This document shows positions 8,950 to 14,822 of a DNA stretch of 14,822 bases, in pieces. Each line of letters opens with the position of its first letter. Within the stretch, counting starts at the first letter, position 1. The translations under genes were made by a program, and so were the position numbers. Under the pieces are notes generated by a model. It saw only the letters and a program-made list of their open reading frames with translations, made no database searches and was not told where the DNA came from. The stretch is from Paraspadella gotoi (taxonomy: Eukaryota; Animalia; Chaetognatha): NCBI GenBank assembly GCA_051294375.1, contig JBJCIZ010001609.1:1-14822 (forward strand), given 5' to 3'.

Positions 8950-9560
8950 CTTTCGACGCCCAGCGTGTCATCCCTCCAACGCCCTGCTTTGTGCGATGGA
9001 TCGCAGCATACAAGGTCGAAGCCTCCACGCTTCATCGCTTCCGTGATGCCGATCCGGAGGTTTCGGGCAGCCTCGACGGTCGGCGCCGAAAGCAAACAAG
9101 TGTCGCACGTAGGAAATCGTTGTGATGGCATCCAGCGACTTCCGGTGGAACCGTTCCATAAAGGGTACGAGGCCGTGAATGCTGAAGCACGTAGCTGGCG
9201 CACGTAGGGCGACGACTTTGCGACGAAAACGTGGACGATCATCTCCCATAGAACGAGACTTTCCATTGTTTCGTCTTCAATACCACCAGAAGCGAAACAC
9301 ATGCGATCTTTTTCGTCGACGAAGCACTGATGAAAGAATCCACAGCACGTCGGAGTCGAGGGAGATTTCGTGACGGGAAAGCGGAAAAAGGAACGCCAGA
9401 AGATTGTTCATTAGGTCGGCGCCCGCGGTGAAGAGAAAGCTGATGTTGGGGCTTGATCCGTCCGCAAGAGCCTTGGCGTCATGGCGAGACGCGATACTTT
9501 CCTGGCTTTTCAGCTCTCGTTGCGATTATGAGTGGGAAGCACCAAATTGGTTTCTCGTCG
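8950..9560 (-). pseudogene. pol: Reverse transcriptase domain
   Basis: Across frameshifts: IWCFP...KPGKYRV..DAKA, GADLMNNLL, FFHQCFVDEKDR, FRFWW, VHVFVAKSSPY, a degenerate YV-D at ~9111-9102 and MKRGGFDL. Confidence 0.9.
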
Positions 9561-9989
9561 GGTACTGCTGGAATCAATCTATTCGAAATCGCATGACCTT
9601 CGTCAATGATTCCTTGAATTGCTTAAGACTCTTCTTTGCGAAGCCGGCTCTCGCCGCATCCTTGCCCGGGCTTTCAGGAGCCGATTCATGGCCATACTCA
9701 GACGAATTACATTTGTTCAGAATCTCCGCAGCCTTTTTCCGCCTTCCTTCCAAGGAGGCCAACCTTCCAATGTCCGACGCAGTCTCGTCTAACTGTAACC
9801 GTCGACCCGAAGCTGCTCCTGGCGAGTCCGTCTTGCACGCTAGATGAGGCTTCGCCGATGGCGCCGGCGGAAAATCCGCTTATCAAACAGACGCTGAATT
9901 CGCGCGCTGAGCTGCTCGCGTCACTTTTGATACGTGACAGGTACTTGAGGATTCCCGCGGAGCTCGACGACCCTTGGCCGCGTGGCCGC

Positions 9990-10470
9990 CGATGTCATTC
10001 CCCATTCGGTTTTTAAACGCAATGGGAGCATCCTTACTTCCACGGCGAATCTCTCGGTCTCCCAAGTCCAGGTATATTCGGCTGAAGAATAAAGTCGATC
10101 TCTTATCGTTGGAAAGCGAAATCTCGACATCCTAGATGAGCAAAGAAGAAATCTCCTCCTGAGACGGAGGCGCGTCGTGCTTCCGAGAAGACAGGATGTG
10201 CGACGGCGAGGACCATCCTCCAGGTCCAATTCCAATGCACCGTTGACTGAAGAAATCTTCATCTTCCTCACCATTGGCCTAGGAGTGTAGACTCAGAGCC
10301 GAGAGTAGTTATTTCAAATTTACATGACTAAGCGGCAATTTCAATCGCCTCGCGAGTTGGACGTTGATGACCGCATTATTACTCCGCTGTCCAAGAGGCG
10401 GCGTAGGTTGAATACGTCGTGTTGACCGACACGATCACGATTGCACCACTGGCGGTAAAACGTGCCCCCC
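9990..10470 (-). pseudogene. Aspartic protease domain (Pao type)
   Basis: RRLLDSG (LLDSG at 10397-10383) just after the knuckles, and downstream LKTEWG resembling the conserved T-x-x-GW motif. Confidence 0.8.
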
Positions 10471-10639
10471 GCCCGGCGGCTACGCGGCATAGTCACGCAA
10501 GTCTTTTTCACTCGCCGTCGATCCCGTCGTATCGCGCGGCGGCAGACTTTCTTCATTTCTCCCGCTGCTCGTCGTTGTCGATTTTGCAGGCGTAGCTTTT
10601 GAAGCTCCCGCGCCTCCGGCGGTGGTCGGGCCGTCACAT

Positions 10640-13322
10640 GAAGGAGCGGATGAATGATTTTTACTACAAAAGCAACGCTCTTTGTAGGGGCAGTTCTCGA
10701 CAAGATGACCGCTTCCCATACAGTTGAAGCAGCGGCTTGAGAGGCGATAAATTTGCGGCGACTAGCGGGCCGCTTCAGTCGCTGAAACTTGTCACAGCTT
10801 CGCAAATAATGCTTCCCCTCACAATGTGGGCAAGGCACAAAAGTTTTTAGGTCCCGGCGCAGTCGAACGACAGACGTCGGCTTTGATGAGACGCTCCCGC
10901 AGGGGCGGGGGTACGAAGCGGCGAGATCGAAGCTTTCTCTTCGTCTCGATGTCTTCCTCCGCGTTGGCGACGTTGACCTTCCGCCGTCGCCTTCTGTCTT
11001 CTCCGTCGTCGCAGGCGTCTTTGCTGACTTCGCCGGCGGTCTAAAATCAAGGACCTCTTGTTTATGCTAGAAATGACAAGAAAATCACTAAAGGAAAGAT
11101 CATGCATCCCAATGGTGATATTGTCGGTAAGTAACCCTTTTTTAGCGCACTTATCTGATAAATGTGGCATCCGCTTCGCGAGTAGATCCGCCATGACGGC
11201 CAGCACGACTCGAGATCCGCAAAGCCTTGCCCGTCTCCTCGCGAGGTCGTACACCTGCTGCAAGGTTATTAACAAGCTATGATGACTCACCCGAAATCCT
11301 TACGATCGAGCTCGGACCGCCCGAGGATCTGCCTCAATCATCTCAATCTGCCGCGTCCGCTTCATTCCCCATTTCTTCTTGAGGACGATGAGGGCGTCCG
11401 CAAGAGCCGAGGTCGCGTCGGTCTGCGTCAGAAAACGTTCGATCGATCGCTTGGGAAGAGCCTATCGAACCAATGGGGAAAGCCTCCTCATATCGTTCAC
11501 ATCGGATCCGTCGCGCCGTCCAACGCACATGACGCTGACTTGATAATCTCGAAGTTGACGCTCGGACAAATCCAAAACGTGATGTATTTTATCCACTTGT
11601 GTTTTCTGAGGCGCTGGCTGCTGGGAGCAATTGAAGGCGAAGTGTTCTGGGCTTGAATTTCCTAAAAACGCCCGTGCCATCGCAGCGGAGCGGTCGAAGG
11701 CTGCTCAGACGGCGCCGGTAAGCGAAGACGGCGCCGTTGGATGCCTTGAGGCTCGAGAAGCGTGTGATTGCTGAATGGAATCAGCGTGCTTCTCTGGGGA
11801 CAAATACTGGCGCCGTCGGGCGTTCATCGCCGCAGCGGTAGGGGCGCCAGTCAGTACGGGAGGCGGGAGGGAAAGGGGAAGGAACGACTTCCCCGCATCC
11901 TTCCGCCTGTCGACGGCAATCCTTCATTGAAGAGGTCCCTAATCTGCGTCGCGTAGAAACTCCATAGTCACTTGTGGATTTCTCGACGGATTGGCGGCGG
12001 CGGAGCGGTCATCGGACAACCGCTCCCACGCATACCGCCTCCTCGACTCTTATCCTTTGTTCCGGAGATAGGGGACGCTCGCGTTGAACAGTACGCTACG
12101 TTAGCGCCGGCTTCATTTAGGCGTTGGGGCGACTCATGATGTTGAAAATCTTTACGTCGTAAGCCGGTGGAGGAGTTTCATTTTCAGGGCCGGTCTACAA
12201 GTTTGTCGGAGAGAGGGCTCGTTGCGGGAGGATGTCGCTGAGCCCGCGACCCATCGCCGTACGCGAAGACGTCGTCGACGCGAGGCTTTCTGAACAGGCC
12301 TCCCTCGCGTCGCCGAAAAACTCGTTCTGCTGACCTTAGCATATTCTCTCTTCTTCTCTCGTTTCTTTCCGCTCTCGTCCTTAATGCGCGATCTGCGGCC
12401 GGCTACGTTACGTATATCGCGATCCGTCGCGTCACGCATCGCTCTCAAGTTTATCGCGATGCTCCACGAAGAGTCGAAAAAAATCGCACTAAATCCGGCG
12501 CACTTCCCTCGACGCCGACGAGAGACGTCAAATCGGCTACCGAGCCTTCCGCGGGGTTGATCTCGTTGGCGGCGGCATCGATGTCCGAAGATAGACTATG
12601 AGCTCTCGTCGTTCCTGTACGAGTAACCGCAGCAGTCTCAGGGGCAGCAAGCCCTCCGCCGAAGCGGTCGGACGCAACTCCGAGACGCAGACAGTTCGTT
12701 CGCCGGGTCGATCGATAGGGACGGGATGATATTATTTCCCTCGGTGCGCAAATTATCCGTCGAACTCACTTGGATGTTGGACGGAAATAAGACGGACGGC
12801 CGTATCGACGTCTTTCTTCTGGAGACGGTGGAGGGGGCGAGAACGGCCGGGATGGACGCCACGCTTCCGTCGTCGGGACGGTTTTGCAGCCGGAGAATCG
12901 GTTCCCTTTCAGAGGGAATATCCGGCAACTCAGGCATCGTCGTCATCCTTGTTGCAACGGAGACGGGACGTCCTGTCGAAGCGATGCTTTCAACCGATGA
13001 GGCTCGCGTCGACACAGAGTTAGCCCGCGAATTGAGAAAGCGGCGCTGCCCAAGAATATTTGTGGAGGCGGTTGAGGAAGCCCGACAGAACTTCCATCGC
13101 CTCCGTCTTCCATGTTCCTCCTGAAATAGCGGCCCGGATTCTTTCGTAGACTGCACGGACTACGTGTCTTTCCGCGTTGGCGACCGCAATGTTTTCTTGC
13201 GTCGGAGTGGTTTTGGCGCGATCGTACGATATCGCATGTGCCTCGACCACTTCATCGACGTGAAGGTTACGCAGGAAGATGTTGCATTCCTGAAGGGTAC
13301 GGCGTTCAGGGACTGAAGCCAT
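10640..13322 (-). pseudogene. gag: Gag portion: N-terminal region, Ser/Arg/Pro-rich linker, DUF1759-like core (~11690-11000), three Zn knuckles (~10836-10640)
   Basis: CPHCEGKHYLRSC, CFNCMGSGHLVENC and C-x-C-SKNH/HPLLH give the BEL/Pao triple knuckle. Core fragments include FLGNSS, YEEAF, LLAKRMP and FSDFL. Confidence 0.85.
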
Positions 13323-13563
13323 GTCCGCTTTGAAGAAGGGGTAAAGTCCAGATATCTCGTAGAAATTTTGGGAGAGGGGATACTGTCGGCGTCGCGAAGT
13401 TATCGATATTTTTCTCGTTCGTCGCACTAGCGCAAATCTAAAATTCGTCTTACAAACGAGCGACGCAAGCCACAAAAAACGCCGAAAGGGGAATTTCGAT
13501 CAAAGAATTTCGGCACTCGAGCTCCACGACGCAATTAATCTCTGGCGCGCTTATTTCCACGCG

Positions 13564-13581
13564 ATCCTATTCACTGCCGCA
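13564..13581 (-). promoter_or_regulatory. Primer-binding site, tRNA-Ser-like
   Basis: Minus strand TGCGGCAGTGAATAGGAT is 18 nt and resembles Ser-type PBSs (TGGCGCAGTxxxxAGGAT) with TGGC changed to TGCG. It is preceded by CA plus 2 nt and lies ~240 nt upstream of the gag ATG. Confidence 0.6.
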
Positions 13582-13583
13582 GG

Positions 13584-14660
13584 TGACCAAACGCGGCGTT
13601 GAAATCGTTGGAAGCTTCGCGAAGTCGTTAGCAGCCGAAGACAGCGAAGATTGCAGAAATAAAACGAATCGAAACCGAACTTCAATCTCACTGCTAGTTC
13701 GAGAAGGAGCGGCGATGCACAATCCGTCGACGTGTCCTAAAATTACGCCCGACGGCGTCGTCGCTAGTTCGAGGATCCCTAATCGCAAATGAAAGCAGAG
13801 CCGGAAGGCGCCGCCGGAATCCTTACGTCCGTCGAAAGTTTTGCAAGTTCTTTCGATGTTGGAAATCGTCAATTCGCTCGGCAACCCAGAGGCCGACGCA
13901 GGCGGGGACTTCTTCTCAACGGGTTCCGCGAAAACCGTTGAGGCTTAGAGAATCTCGACGAAACGCTTGAAGAAAGACGATCCGCAAACGAAGACTTCTA
14001 TGTATTGAACTATGTTCGTAGAGGTGGCTGTCTTGACAACTAAACTGACTGAGCTGATCCTGCGCTATCAAACGAGAGGAATTCGAGTTTAGATGGCGCG
14101 GACGAGACGATGGCGACCGGTCTTGACGCTCAAGATGATCATGACGACAAAGTCCTAAGCCCAGCACTTCTAGTTGGTATCTGAAGTAGTGTAGAGAGAG
14201 TTAGAAGTCCTGGGCAAGAATAACAAAACATTTAATACACACTCAGCAAATATATATATAAAGTTTAAAGAATCCATCTTACTTTGTTTCTGAAGCCAAA
14301 TTTGTAGAAATGGTTGCCTCTATCACTAAGGAAAGTCCACCAATCCAGCGATCACTAGTTTCTTATTAAAAAAAGAAGTTTCCGAGATATCTAAAGCGAT
14401 TTATTATCTTTTAAAAAGTAGTAAAAACGCATTGCAAGACTGAACAAATCTGAGAGGTTACACGTCGATAGAAATCAAGGCTGAGATCTAAAGAAACGGC
14501 GGAACCAATCAGAAACAGCCATGCGTAGCCACTCGGCAAGCCTGTACTTAGGTATATATACTATGATACAAATTAGAAACCAGAGATGTCGCTGTGATCG
14601 CGGAAGAAAATAGAATTCTCTTGCGTTAGTAAATAGAAATAAAAGAGCATCGGGGTGAAA
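13584..14660 (-). promoter_or_regulatory. Putative 5' LTR / promoter region (right boundary uncertain)
   Basis: Abuts the PBS with CA at 13585-13584. TATATATATA at 14251-14260 with an initiator-like TTATTC at ~14222-14217. CCAAT boxes at ~14340 and ~14505 (aaccaatcag). Confidence 0.35.
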
Positions 14661-14822
14661 GAAGAGAAGTTTGGATTTCCACGGTATATATTTTGATAAT
14701 GATTTCGTAACAACATTTAAGCATCTTAATATTTATTAATGCATAAGCAATGAAAAAACATTTTTTTAAAATTTTATATTCATGATATAAATACTTTTGT
14801 TGTTTGAGACATATAGAGAACA

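Larger units (their letters stand above)
6282..13322 (-). pseudogene. gag-pol: gag-pol polyprotein pseudogene (~7 kb, many frameshifts)
   Basis: Probable start gacATGG at 13322 (MASVPERRTLQ...), continuous domain motifs, and an end at the stop of ORF 6282..6593. Confidence 0.9.
3759..13581 (-). mobile_element. BEL/Pao (Belpaoviridae) LTR retrotransposon, internal region from PBS to PPT, degenerate
   Basis: Domain order Gag-PR-RT-RH-IN with three Gag Zn knuckles and Pao-type RT, RNase H and integrase motifs. The family call is secure for 6282-13322; inclusion of 3759-6281 is inferred. Confidence 0.9.

Noticed and set aside
7248-13124. Numerous plus-strand ORFs (e.g. 8800..9207, 9404..9847, 11279..11656, 12726..13124)
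   Set aside because: They are antisense to clear gag-pol motifs and show no independent protein signature.

Overview
AT-rich eukaryotic (probably invertebrate) genomic DNA that is almost all mobile-element derived. 68-322 is probably the last exon of a host gene. ~510-1580 is a cluster of short repeats, each carrying a minimal hammerhead-ribozyme core (CTGATGA-A-stemII-GAAAC-AT-GTH) of the kind found in Penelope-like element pseudo-LTRs. One copy (904-946, minus) looks intact and another sits in a 69-bp-arm palindrome. A DINE-1/HINE-like fragment lies at 1301-1521. The rest is dominated by a heavily frameshifted minus-strand BEL/Pao LTR retrotransposon: tRNA-Ser-like PBS at 13564-13581 and gag-pol from ~13322 to 6282 (Gag, three Zn knuckles, protease, RT, RNase H, integrase, C-terminal domain). 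Downstream of pol and before a BEL-type PPT at 3759-3768 lies an extra ~1.6-kb same-strand coding region with a splice acceptor and SGNH/GDSL-like motifs. Beyond the PPT, ~2 kb of non-coding DNA holds arrays of covarying hairpins. No matching LTR pair was found. All protein calls are by-eye motif recognition across frameshifts, not database searches.
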